Assembly: GCA_030390025.1 (NCBI GenBank)
Contig: CM059448.1
Span: 17,050,001-17,114,000 of the forward strand
DNA length: 64,000 nt
Direction: 5' to 3'
DNA from: Squalus acanthias
Taxonomy: Eukaryota
The notes beneath the pieces were generated by a model. The model made no database searches. It saw only the letters and a program-made list of their open reading frames with translations, and had not been told where the DNA came from. Position numbers and translations under genes: made by a program. Shown piece after piece: positions 37,319-49,094 of this stretch (positions within the stretch are counted from its first letter, which is position 1; every line of letters begins with the position of its first letter).

Positions 37319-38294
37319 GTAAACCCGGCACTTGGAATGCTGTTGTTTTTGTGATGGTGGCTTTATTGTGCGATGTAGGTTTGAGCTGAAACTGTTTGTG
37401 TACTGAATCTCTGGAAGTGCATTACAGGAGTTGCCATTGAATCGAGGTGTTTAGGTGACAACAGCAGGTTTTTAAAAATGTTATCTGAACCGTGAGATGA
37501 TTATTATGGCCCAAATTTTACCCCCTGGTGTCAATTATTTATTTGTTTTAATAATTTCCTATTTTTGCTCTGTCTATGTACTTTTTGTTCAATTTGTATT
37601 TTAAAATGACGGACCTTCACACCATGTTGATTTGTAATGAGGATCTTTGAAGGGTGGTTTCTTTGTGATGAGATATCTACATCGGACCTGACTATTGATT
37701 CAGGGATAGACTGTCTTCAGTTTGATTATATGTTGGTTAAAAGGAAACTATTTGATGGTTTAGGGTTCTACTTAATTGTCACATAATTTCCTCTAATGGA
37801 CATGACCGTATTATTGAATGAGTAACTGAACCAGATAGACCAGGAGGGTCCCTGCTCCATGCCAAGTGAATCCAGCCGGGACAGTGGTAGAGGCACTGCA
37901 ATTGGCAATCGCGTCCCTGTGTTAGAGAGGGGGGCGGGTGGGATATTCTCCAAAGATCCCTGTTTCTGATCACTTTCCAGAGACCCTTACTGAAAGTGCT
38001 TATTTGTGGACACGGGTGAGGACAGGATCAAGCTCGACTGTGAAGCACTCCTTCTTCTCTTTCCCTGCCCCCCCCCCCCCAACACCCCAGAACCCCAAAA
38101 AACACTGAATGGCACTGCCTATCAAGGCTCACATAAGAATAATAGCTATTTTGGGGAATTGCTGTAGAGCATATCCTCCATGGAATTGTACCAGTGCAAG
38201 AAGCCGATGTGTCCAGGATTGGGGAAAATTGGTAATGGGGGCGATTCTAAATGTTATCAAAGTACAGACATATCTTTATGTTTCTCAGTCCTGC

Positions 38295-38770
38295 ATAGAA
38301 TTATAGAAGTTTCCAGCACAGAAGGAGGCCACTTGGCTCATCGTGTCTGTGCTCGCCCTTTGCTTGAACAATCCGAAACTAATCTCAAAGCCCTGCCCTC
38401 TATCCACAGTCCTGCAAATTCCTCTGCTTCAAATATTTATCGAATTTTCCCTTAAATGATTAATTGGTCTCTCCCTGAACCACGCCACGTAGCAAAGCAT
38501 TCCAAGCTCCAACAACACTGTGTAAAGACATTTTTCCTAATCTCCTCACTCTCTGTGACAATTTTAAATGGATGATCACTGGCTCCCTAACTGAGGACAT
38601 GTTCTTTCCCTATTCACTCTGTCAAAGCCCTTCATAATTTTAATAACCTCTACTGTATCTCTTGGCCATCTCTGACCCAGTGAAAACAGTTTCCTCATAA
38701 CTGTTGTTTCCCATCTCGCGCATCATCCTGATGAACCTATGCTGTATACTCTCCGTGGCCACCATGTAGA
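38295..38770 (-). mobile_element. CR1-type LINE 3' fragment
   Basis: catagaattatagaagtttccagcacagaaggaggccacttggctcatcg... tail similar to the 24090 copy. Confidence 0.7.
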
Positions 38771-38896
38771 AATTTGCAAACTTAAAAAATTCTAGTTCAA
38801 GATAGTCTGGGAGGAGATGCTAAGCGTGGAGCCCCTCTGGAGGTGACATTGTGAAGGTCTATTCCACTGATCCCTTAAATGTGATTGGCTCCCCGG

Positions 38897-39047
38897 CAAT
38901 GTTTCCCCTATGGTGCGCAGCCGCACACCAATCGCAAGGTCCTGCGCAGGCTGCTCACCAGCGCTGCTGCTGGAAGAGATATGGTGGCGGCCGCGCAACA
39001 AATTTAAAGGGCCCGGGCAGGAAACAAAAAAATTAGAGGGAACGTTG
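38897..39047 (+). mobile_element. hAT-type MITE, same family as 4662
   Basis: caatgtttccccta...ttagagggaacgttg; flanks ctccccgg / ctccctag (6/8, CpG decay). Confidence 0.78.
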
Positions 39048-39068
39048 CTCCCTAGTCAAAAAGTCGTC

Positions 39069-39843
39069 GGAGCAGAACTTCATGTCGTCGTCTTAAGGGT
39101 ATTTTGTTTCTGTCCCATTTTCGCTCCCTTTCTTGCCTACCGCGCCTGCCGTTGTGCTTCGGGCCCACGAGGACTTCGGCTCCTGGGCCTCCTGCAGCTG
39201 CTGGCGTGCAGTGCTTGTGTATTCCAGGGGCGCAGTTAGTTTGAAGCGTCCCCTGGGATCACGTGGGCCATGGAGAGCCAATCGGAGCAGGGCATTTTCA
39301 TTCATAGATTTGACAGGAAGACCTGTCAAATCTATGAATAGAGATCAGCCCCAAAACCACACTTAAACTTCAAATACATTTTTTTTTAAAATCACATTTT
39401 TAAAATAACTAAGTTACAAAAATTAACTACTTTAAACACAAATTAAAATGTTTGAAAAAATTAATTATACTTTTTAACGGTGCTAAAAATAAACTTACCT
39501 TTCTTTAAAGTATCTAAAAAAGATAAACCTGTTTGAAAAAATGTTTAACTTGTAATTAATTAACCACTTACCTTGTTAAAAACCGGCCTTGCGCCTGCCG
39601 GTTTTTACAAGTGCAGCTTCTCCATACTTACCTTCCCGGAGAAACCTGAAAAAAACCCGAAGTTCGCTGCGTGCGCGCTGCCTCTACCGCGCACGCGTTC
39701 GACTTCTGAACCCCTCCCTTCAGGGGAACGGCAGTTCCGGTTTCCCGCGCATGCGCAGTGCATGCGTGAAACCGGCACTTCAGGTGGCCTTGCGGGTGAG
39801 TACACAGCGCGTACTCACCCGACAACAGCCGAATTTCTGGCCC
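39069..39843. mobile_element. Probable non-autonomous Harbinger-like element with internal 18-bp hairpin
   Basis: Right end gaatttctggccc, weak left end ggagcagaacttc (10/13); GC-rich arms around an AT-rich core. Confidence 0.5.
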
Positions 39844-39983
39844 AATATCTTTACGATATATAGCACTATATAACCGTTCCTTAGAATGCACCTATACGTT
39901 ATTTAAATATTTATGTATAACAGCTCACCTCTCTTTCATGTGTAACTTTAAATAATTCTTTTTGTTATTGATTTTTTTTAAAG

Positions 39984-40124
39984 TCTTTAATCAAACTATG
40001 GACCTCTATGGAAGTGCAGGCCTATTTACCCGCCCCGCCCGCAGAGCTGCTGACATTCATCGAGCTGGTACTGGACAGTCAAGGTCAGCTGGTACAGCTG
40101 AACAGGCTTCCCGGTGGCAACGAG
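39984..40124 (+). CDS. ACACA: ACACA coding exon, [47 protein letters not shown]
   Basis: tttttaaag acceptor, GAG|gtaagt donor, 141 nt; [17 protein letters not shown] motif at the start of the CT region. Confidence 0.95.
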
Positions 40125-40649
40125 GTAAGTGTAAAGAAACTGGAAAGTACGCTGTAGCCGTAGTCCTGTTATTTATCTAACTTGGCCAAATGACGAGCCC
40201 ACGGCCACTTCGCCAAGAAATGGCTGAGCACAAGTTGGTCGCCGCGGTTGCAGTTATAACGAGCAGTGACTGAACTTCAGAAAGTTGCTCTTCGTTTGCA
40301 AAGTGCTTTGGGACATCCTTAAAATGTTAAAGGAGCTATAAAAATGCAAGTTTTTTTTATTTAATGGTACGGAAAGGTAATGCTACCTGCGTTTGATCAC
40401 AATTTGTATTATTTGCCTTTGACTGCCACATTGGCCTATATAACAACAGTGACTACAGTTCAAAACTACTTTATTGTCCGCGAGGTGCTTTGGAACATCT
40501 TGAAGATGTGAAAGGCACTTATAAAAAGGCAAGTTTTCTGCTTACTGCCAGTTTTATTGAAATGCATTTTTTGTGACACAAGAATTTATATAAATTCAGA
40601 GGGTTTTAATTTACTCTCTGCACCTTAACCCCATCAGTTCTTCTCGTAT

Positions 40650-40779
40650 AAAAACAAAATACTGCGGATGCTGGAAATCTGAAATAAAAACAGAAAATGC
40701 TGGAAATACTCAGCAGGTCAGGCAGCATCTGTGGAGAGAGAAACAGAGTTAACGTTTCGGGTCAATGACCTTTCGTCAG
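40650..40779 (-). mobile_element. Solo Penelope terminal repeat starting at the hammerhead core
   Basis: Minus strand CUGACGA-A-AGGUC-AUU-GACCC-GAAACGUU-AACU then the full terminal repeat; flanks tcagttcttctcgtat / tcagttcccctcatat. Confidence 0.82.
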
Positions 40780-40983
40780 TTCCCCTCATATTCCTGTTTG
40801 CATAATTTACTTGGTGATTGTTAACTAGTTTACTTTTAAATGGTTTTGTTGAAATGGCACGAGCAGCAATTTAATGGGGCATATTAACTAGCATTCTAAA
40901 AAGTACCACAGGTTTAAAAACATCAAATCCAGTGGGTTTTCTCTGTTGCCCAGCGAGCTAGGGTATTAAAATTACTCTGCTGG

Positions 40984-41140
40984 CAATGTTCTTGTTGAGC
41001 TGCGAGGTCGCGCAGCGCTCTGGAGGTCCCGCGCAGGCCAGTCACCGGCTTTTGAATAGAAAAATTGCACAATTTGAATGGGCCGCACAGCCCGTTAAAG
41101 GGGCTGCGCACCCCCCCCTATAAAATTACAGGGAATATCG
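40984..41140 (+). mobile_element. hAT-type MITE, same family as 4662
   Basis: caatgttc...ttacagggaatatcg; flanks tctgctgg / tctgctag (7/8). Confidence 0.75.
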
Positions 41141-42956
41141 TCTGCTAGCATGCTGAAGGTGCTGATTCTTTGCTGGGGCCTGGTTCCACAGATGCCTGAA
41201 ACCCTCCAGTACCTCACCCAGGTAAATCTTCATGTGTGAGCCCTGATAATGAGTGTTATTTAGCAAGCTGTTCACCCAGGGGTGGGGAAATGCATGACCA
41301 GACCAATCCTGTTCTCGCCTGACATTCGCAAATATACATTTCCAGCAGAGTTTCCCCTGCCAAGCCCAGGGCACTGAGGCAAATTTTTATGCCCCCCAGT
41401 GATGCCCTGGCTGACACCAGTTAACTCAGCACAGACCACCTATCAAACCTGGGACGATCAGTACCACACCTGGGTGATAGCAAAGTTTTGCATTTATGGT
41501 CACGAAAGAAAGAATGGAAGAACTTGCATTTATATAGTGCCTTTCACAACCTCCGGACGTCCCAAAGTGCTTTCCAGCCAATTAAGAACTTTTGGGTGGG
41601 GGTTAGATGAGAGGAGTAGTATTTGGGCGTTGCGGGACCCTGAGAATATTATCAAATGGGGATTTGGTAGGATTTGCTTTGCTGGAAGAATGAGAGCAAA
41701 TAGGCCAAATAATCTTGTGAAAGACTGTCATTGAAAAAGCATTGGAGGCATCGCTGAAATTATATCCCCATCGGCAGTGGATTTACAGGAGGCCCACCCC
41801 AATCCTACCCCTCCTGCTTACCATGATCTCGATCCTTTTTTGTATTGGGGCAAAATTATAATTTCTAAATGCCGAGTTTTATTTACAATGGTTCCTAAAA
41901 GGATTTGCTTCACTGCTTGTGGCTCAGGCACAGTTGGGCAGCATTGCAAAATTTAGGCTTAATTTTTATTTTCTTGTTGTAATATATAAGAAACTAGTAA
42001 CTTAGTTTAAGGTTTTTAAATCTTAGCTGCACAACATAATTTTCCAATAGTTTCCTCAAACTCTCGACCCTTTTTGTGTGTGTGTGTGTATCCCCTTAAG
42101 TACTTCTTTAATATTAATCCCATGTCCAAGTGCAGTCTGCATTGTGAAGGACTAAACCCAGCCGCACAATTTCCATTCTGTGCTGCAGTTGATGAAAACT
42201 GAGAAAATGGACAATTCCCAAAGGAGCGGGGCTTGCTCCTGGTTGAAATTACCAGCCGCGCCGCGCTGCCTGGACTTGAGCATGTACTGTTTGCTCTGTC
42301 TGGAGCTGTACAAACGGTATATAATGCAGCTCTGTAACATCTCAACAACTCCAAAATAGGATTTGGTGTTCTAATTAAAGAGAAAGGCTCTAGGTGGAAA
42401 GAACTCATTTATAAAATAGAGTTTAGTTTATGCCGCCGGTGAAGTAATTAATGAGTAGAGCAGCGTTTTTTGATAGAAAAATCAGAAGGGGGGGAAAAAA
42501 AAAGTGCAAGTTTAACCCTTCGAAGGTTGCAGGGCTTTATGTATCATTGATGAGGAAAAAACAGAAATATTGTACAAAACAATATTACAAGCGCAGTTAG
42601 ATTGAACATGTACTTGATATTAGTTACAAATGTGTCTGTATGAAATTCCTTTGCGCACTAGTTTAATGATGGTGTTGACCTGTTTATTTTAAATGGGTTC
42701 CACTTTTCTTAAAATAGTGGTCAGAGGCATTTTGTACAAATACATTCATTATTAATATGGCACAAGGCAATTTCAATCTATATGAGAATTGTACCCCTGT
42801 TAGGCTGATCACTGTTTACAGGGCAAGCAGAACGAGGAGTCCCTTTAGCCAGAAACACAAATGAGCAGGTTGTCTTAACACTATATTCAACACCTGTCTC
42901 CTTTCTATGCTGTTACTTAGTTTTAACCAGTTTTTATTTCCTCCGTAATAAAGATT

Positions 42957-43393
42957 AAAGAAAGAAAGAACTTGCATTTACGTAGAGCCTTTCGCGCCCT
43001 CCGGACACCTTCACATTCAATTAAGTACAATTACGTGTGGTCATTGTTGTTATGTAGGCAGCCAAGGATAGGTTCCACAAATAGCAATAAGATAAATGAC
43101 CAGATAGTCTAATTTTTGGTGGTGGTTGTTGAGAGATGAATGTTGGCCAAGACACCAGAAAAATTCACGCTGTTCTTCAAATAGTGCCGTGGGATCTTTT
43201 GCATCCACCTGAACAGGTAGACGGGATCTTGGTTTAAAGTCTCATCTGAAAGTCAACATCTCTGACAATGCAGCACTTGCTTAGTACTGTGCTAAAGGGT
43301 CAGCCTAGATTATATGCTTAAATCCTGCAGTGGGACTTGAATCCATGACCTCCTGACTCCGACCTGAGGGTGCTGCCTCTGAGCCAAGCTGAC
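42957..43393 (-). mobile_element. DeuSINE, diverged full-length copy
   Basis: (gaaa)n tail, Deu core, gtgggacttgaatcc B box on the minus strand. Confidence 0.8.
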
Positions 43394-43409
43394 CTCTGGT
43401 ATCTCGGTT

Positions 43410-43775
43410 ATTGAACGTGCTGTTTAGTTGGTAAGCATAGACGAGGAAGCTCCTAGGATCGACCTGAGTCTGTGTCGCGTTAGCTGGTCTGAACTAGGGT
43501 AGCAGTAAGGGTGCTGTGATTGGCTTCAGTGCCCCTAGGGTAGGGAAGGGGAAATCGGCCAGGGTTTCCGTTTCTGCCTTCTGGAAAGTGTACATGTTTT
43601 GGATGAAGGCCGAGAATAAGACCGTGCTCGATTGTGGTGCCCTCCCATGGTCAAGTAGCCTGCTCGCACTCATTGTCTCTGCTCACAAATAAAGAATGGC
43701 CACTTGGGTGAGGTACCAGAAAGTGGCTGGACCTTGTGATACCGTAACCCAACTTGCGATCGTGCTTTGAAGTGT
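43410..43775 (+). mobile_element. Family X SINE-like repeat
   Basis: ggaagctcctaggatcgacc..gttagctggtctg..ttggcttcagtgcccctaggg..aagaatggccacttgggtgaggtacc. Confidence 0.65.
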
Positions 43776-44039
43776 GTGTGTATATATATTTTGTCTGCAT
43801 CTATATGCCTGCTGCAGCTAATCTGCTCCTTGGCTTCTGAATAACCAGCCACAGGGTGATCGAAGAGAACTGTGCTGGTTGGTTTGTTGTTTGCTTTTAT
43901 TAATTCATTTATTTTTCCCTCCCTGGTTGGGGAACTGCATCCCCTTCCTTGCCAATCCTGCTGAGATCAGGACTTTTGTCTGAGAGAATTGCAGGCATCA
44001 TTTCCAGTCCCTGTGGCACAGTCCTTTGAAAACAACAAT

Positions 44040-44696
44040 GGGCTGGATTTTGCTCTCTGGCCAGCCGTTCATTACACTTGCAATTGCCCACAGACTTTCT
44101 ATGGGATTTTGCATTGGAACTTGCTGTAAATTAGAGAGCCAAACAGCACAGTGTTCTCTACAGGGAATGTGGGACCTGTGTGTATCTCCTTAACCAATCA
44201 GATGGGAGAATCGTTAATGAGCAGTGCAGAGTCTGAACCAGGAAGTGTGCGTGAGAATATTTAATTCAGTGTAAAATCTGGTACAGAAAGTGAAATAAAA
44301 AGAGGGAAAGGAAGATCGGATTGAGAGAGAGATGAAAGAAAAAGTTGAAAAAAAAATTAACTTTAATTTTTTTTTTAAATCTCTGATTAAAATCTGAAGG
44401 AATGAGACCCCACACTTACAAAAGTTAATTTTCAGTGCCAGAGAGGTTGTTTGGCAGTGGGTATGAATCACGTAAGGGCAACAACCTCACGCGCTTCATG
44501 TGTTTCAATGGTGCGTCTCTGGGCGAGATACCATTCCTGCACAGCTTCTGGAGGAGCAGGTCAACTTGGTCAGCAGCGTCCTGATTTCCGCGTTTAGTCG
44601 CACATGTGCGGTCGCCGGAAGTGGCTGTCCGATTTACACTTCAGTAACGGTGAACGCTGTTAGCCGCACTAATATTTGTACAGCAAAATCCGGCCC
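44040..44696. mobile_element. Non-autonomous PIF/Harbinger-like element with 3-bp TSD
   Basis: TIR gggctggattttgct / agcaaaatccggccc (14/15); aat on both flanks. Confidence 0.8.
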
Positions 44697-44812
44697 AATA
44701 TGTTGCAGCACGAGACCACGTGGGTAAAATAACCTCTTGCAATTTGGATTTGAATGGGTGATATTTGAACTGGATCTTTACGTACCACCAGGTCCAGATA
44801 TACACACAACTA

Positions 44813-45194
44813 TTACATTGTTCCAATGAAGCTGAACGTAAGCTCGAGGAACAGCACCTCATCTTTCGATTAGGCACTTTACAGCCTTCTGGACTCAACA
44901 TCGAGTTCAACAATTTCAAACTATAACCCCTGCCCCCATTTTTCATGCTGTATGATTTTGCCATCCCCATTTGCAACATTTTATCTTTCCTGCCTCTTAC
45001 ATAAGCACAGTATGTTCCTTCAATTCCTTCCTTCCTTCCCCCCCCCCCCCCATGTTTCTGCACCTGCTTAATATCTGTTACATCTCCAGCTTTTTCCAGT
45101 TCTGATGAAGGGTCCCAGACCTGAAACGTTAACTCTGTTTCTCTCTCCACGGATGCTGCCTGGCCTGCTGAGTGTTTCCAGCATTTTCTGTTTT
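44813..45194 (+). mobile_element. Penelope-like 3' end (GIY-YIG C-terminus plus terminal repeat) with 14-bp TSD
   Basis: HCSNEAERKLEEQHLIFRLGTLQPSGLNIEFNNFKL*; tatacaca(c/t)aacta at 44799-44812 and 45195-45208. Confidence 0.88.
45098..45134 (+). ncRNA. Minimal hammerhead ribozyme-like motif, intact core, sense to the ACACA pre-mRNA
   Basis: agtt-CTGATGA-a-gggtc-cca-gacct-GAAACGTT-aact. Confidence 0.7.
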
Positions 45195-45641
45195 TATACA
45201 CATAACTAGTTTGCCAAGAAATGTGTACTTTGGGTCTGGATTATGCTTATTGGTGGGGAGGGGAGAGAGTCAGCTGGAAATATTTGTCCCTTAGTTTGTT
45301 GAATCACTCATGCTGAAATTGAATGTAATGAAAGAAAATCTGATCTTTTGCAAGAGGTTAATAATGTTGGAAAGATGATTGATATGTGCTGGACTGACCA
45401 TATTCAGAGATCTGCTGAGCAATGAAATAATCTGAGGCCTTTTCTGCTGGATCAGGCCTGCATAGAAAGTGCTGTCATGCCTGGACCAAGTGCTAGGAGT
45501 TGGGAAGTGATTTGGTACATTGGAGTTTGGATCAAGACGGTGTTTATCTACTTTAATATTAGTTAGTATTGAAATACTTTAAGTTGTAATGAACATCATT
45601 ATTATAATAGTTATTTGGAACTCCCTGGTGGATCAGTTGTT

Positions 45642-46104
45642 AAGAAAGAAAAAGGTAGAAAGACTTTCATTTATATAGCTCCTTTCACGACCACCGGATG
45701 TCCCAAAGCGCTTTACAGCCAATGAAGTACTTTTTGGAGTGTAGTCACTGTTGTAATGTAGGAAATGCGGCGGCCAATTTGCGCACAGCAAGCTGCCACA
45801 AACCGCAATGTGATAATGACCAGATAATCTGTTTTAGTGAAGTTGATTGAGGGATAAATATTGGCCAGGTCATTGGGGATAACTCCCCTGCTCCTCTTCG
45901 AAATAGTGGCATAGCATCTTTTACGTCCACCTGAGAGGGCAGATGGGGCCTTGGTTTAACGGCTCATCCAAAAGACGGCACCTCCAACAGTGCAGCACTC
46001 CCTCAGTACTGCACTGTAGTTTCCGCCTAGATGTTTGTGCTCATGTCTCTGGCGTGGGACTTGAACTCACAACCTTCTGACTCCGAGGCTGAGCCACAGC
46101 TGAC
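45642..46104 (-). mobile_element. SacSINE1-type DeuSINE, near full length, inserted in the head of a family X copy
   Basis: Complete tail, Deu core and tRNA head; host head ctccctggtggatcagttgtt resumes as actgctgagagtggaactgagccatacag. Confidence 0.85.
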
Positions 46105-46239
46105 ACTGCTGAGAGTGGAACTGAGCCATACAGGCCAACACGATTCTCTGTACCAGGTTACATGATCTCCATTGCAGATGTTGTTACCCCTCGGGTAAGG
46201 AAAGGAGTACTGCTGAAAGTGCACACATATGATTGTGGT

Positions 46240-47028
46240 CGTTGTCTTCTTAGGCAGTCCCTCGGAACCGAGGATGACTTGCTTCCACACTAAAAATGAG
46301 TTCTCAGGTGACTGATGAGTCCAATGCAGGACCTACAGTCTCTGTCACAGGTGGGGCAGACGGTAGTTGAAGGGGTGGGTGGGTGGGGGTGCTTGGGTTG
46401 ACGTGCGCTCCTTCCGCTGTTTGCGCTTGGCTTCCGCTTGCTCCTGACGAAGAGACTCGAGGTTTTCGGCGACTTCCCAGATGCTTCTCCACTTTGTGCG
46501 GTCTTGGGCCAGGGATTCCCAGGTGTCGGTGGGGATGTTGCACTTTTTCAAGGAGGCTTTGAGGGTGTCCTTGAAGCATTTTCTCTGCCCCCCCTGGGGC
46601 TCTCTTGCCGTGTCAGAGCTCCGAGTAGAGCGCTTGTTTTGGGAGTCTTGTATCGGGCATGCGGACGATGTGGCCCGTCCATCGGAGCTGATCGAGCGTG
46701 GTCAAAGCTTCGATGCTGGGGATGTTGGACTGAGCGAGAACACTGACGTTGGTGCGCCTATCCTGCCAATGGATTTGCAGGATCTTGTGGAGGCAGCGTT
46801 GGTGGTACCTCTCCAGTGCTTTAAGGTGCCTGCTGTACATGGTCCATGTCTCTGAAGCATACAGGAGGGCGGGTATCACTACTGCTCTGTAGACCATGCG
46901 CTTGGTGCTGGGTTTGAGGTCCTGGTCTTCAAACACTCTCTTCCTCAGGCGACCGAAGGCTGCACTGGCACACTGAAGGTGGTGTTGGACTTTGTCATCG
47001 ACGTCTGCCCTTGTTGACGGTGACTTGT
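46240..47028 (-). mobile_element. RTE-clade LINE 3' end with 10-bp TSD
   Basis: ORF 46613..46936(-) VYRAVVIPALLYASETWT...LRWTGHIVRMPDTRLPKQALYSEL, then KKCNIPTDTWESLAQDR; tgattgtggt at 46230-46239 and 47029-47038. Confidence 0.9.
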
Positions 47029-47884
47029 TGATTGTGGTGGGGGTACAGGATTGGACTTGGTTGTAACATGTGAATACTCAGTCTAGGCTCACATAAAGAG
47101 CAGCCACTTGAGTGAGGCTCTGAACGGCAGGCAGTGCCCAGAGAACTGCACAAGCCAGCATCTTCAGAAAAAGGGGGAAGAATCCATTTTATCTGCCAAA
47201 CGGTTGCAGGAGCAACATTTTGAAAGCAGCACCCCCATCAGTTAGGCCATTGCACCTTACATTTAGTAGCAAGTTAACCTACTTTTTATCTTTTTGACGG
47301 ATCATGGTTCATAAAGCTGCTGATACAGTAGTATTATATTTGATCAGATTTTATTTTGTCGGGGTAAATTATCCTCTGGGGACCCTCATTTGGGCACCTG
47401 ACCGACTTATCCTGAAGTGCTGAAGAGAAGCAGCCAGAAGACCCTGTGGTCCAAAGATGGCTTGGGGAGGAGGGGCTGTAAAGAGAAAGGACATTTGCCT
47501 GCTTAATAGGGCTGTCCCTGGGATCCATGGGGATGCTTCATTCCACAGGGGTCTGGGGCAAGCGCTCATGCCAGGTTTCCGAAGATGTCCCTCTTCTGAG
47601 CTGCCCAGCAGTCGGCAGTGGAGGAAAGTGAGCCCCTCGCGCCTCATTGCCGCTGTGATGCTAGGCCTGAGCCTATGCCAGATTCATGCCAGCGATGTAA
47701 CTTTGGGAAGAGCCGGGAAATCCTGGAGTAGTGCACTGAAGGTGACGATATGACGTAACTGGTCTCCAGTCCACCCCCTCCTGGTCTCCTGCACCAGGGA
47801 ACTAAATACAACGAATAAGAACATTCACCCTATTGTGTTGCTGTAACATGGTAAGTGATGACCATTAACTTTAAAAACATCAAG

Positions 47885-48325
47885 TAAAAATGAAAGAACG
47901 TGCAATTATAAAATCAATTATTACGTCCTCTTGACATCATAAAATGCTATATAACCAATTAATTACTTTAAGTCCAGGTAGTTATGTAGGGGGGGAAAAA
48001 AGCAGCCAATTAGAGCCTGGCAAGGTCCCACAAACTGGAAATGAAATGAAATGAGCAGTCAATCTGTTTCTTCTGCTGTGGTGTTGGTTGAGTCAGCAAT
48101 GTTGGCCAGGCCACTGAAAGAACTTCCTCCTCTTTTTTGAATAGTGAGATTTTTTTACATCCACCTGAACAGAAAGACAGGGCCTCGGTTTAATGTCACA
48201 TCCGAAAGACATCACCTCTGACAGTGCAGCACTTCCTTGGTTCTGCACTCCAGTATCAATTTAGATTATGTGCTCACATCCTGGAGTGGGGCTTGAACTC
48301 ACGACCTTCTGACTTTAGAAACACG
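47885..48325 (-). mobile_element. DeuSINE, diverged copy
   Basis: Deu core catccacctgaacag..gggcctcggtttaatgtc..ccgaaagac and B box. Confidence 0.75.
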
Positions 48326-49094
48326 GGCTAAAGTAGACCAATATTAAAGAATACAGCCCCTTCAGATGCTGAGTATGGCCCCTGAGGGGTGGCGGGTTTG
48401 CACCTTTGTCCAGTAGAATTCAAGATCACCATTTTCAGTTTTGAACAAAAACATGACCAAGGAGAATGAATTTGGTGACATTGGGCAGTGCAAAATTGAA
48501 CTTTTGTTTTTTCTTGAGTGGGCGTGCAGTATTGTATCGAATCTTATATGATTTAAGATAACAAATTGAATTTTAAAGCCTACTGTAGTTTCTTTGTTGT
48601 ACTGGTAACCGGTGAAACTAAATGATTATCAATAATCATTTAGAATAATTATTGTCATTTTTCTTTTGGGTTGAAAGGGACGACAGAGTTCATTTCTGTG
48701 ACTAAAACACTTTTTTTTTAAGGGTTGAATTAGAATAATTTTGCCACACCGACTATGTACTGAGGCTAAGAAGAAATGTGCTCCTTTAATGTATTTCTGC
48801 TGAAATCCTATTGTGACACAAAACAAACTAAATCCTGCAGGATTTGTGAAGATCCCATTGTAACTGTTAAACCTCCACTGGCTATCTTCTGGAGTCTTCT
48901 CTAATCCTTTATGATTTACACTTTGTTTGGGATACAGTAGGATTTTTATACTCTTGATTTTCCATCATTATTTAGACACAAGATTGCCGACTGAAGTAAG
49001 ATTTCTGCAGAAGCACGTTGTGCAGTGAAAAAGGCTTTATTTGGGGAAATTCTATATTTTATGACCACAATAATGTGACCATTGAACACTGTTC

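Noticed and set aside
44641-45201. 186-aa minus-strand ORF
   Set aside because: Antisense reading of the Penelope-like fragment
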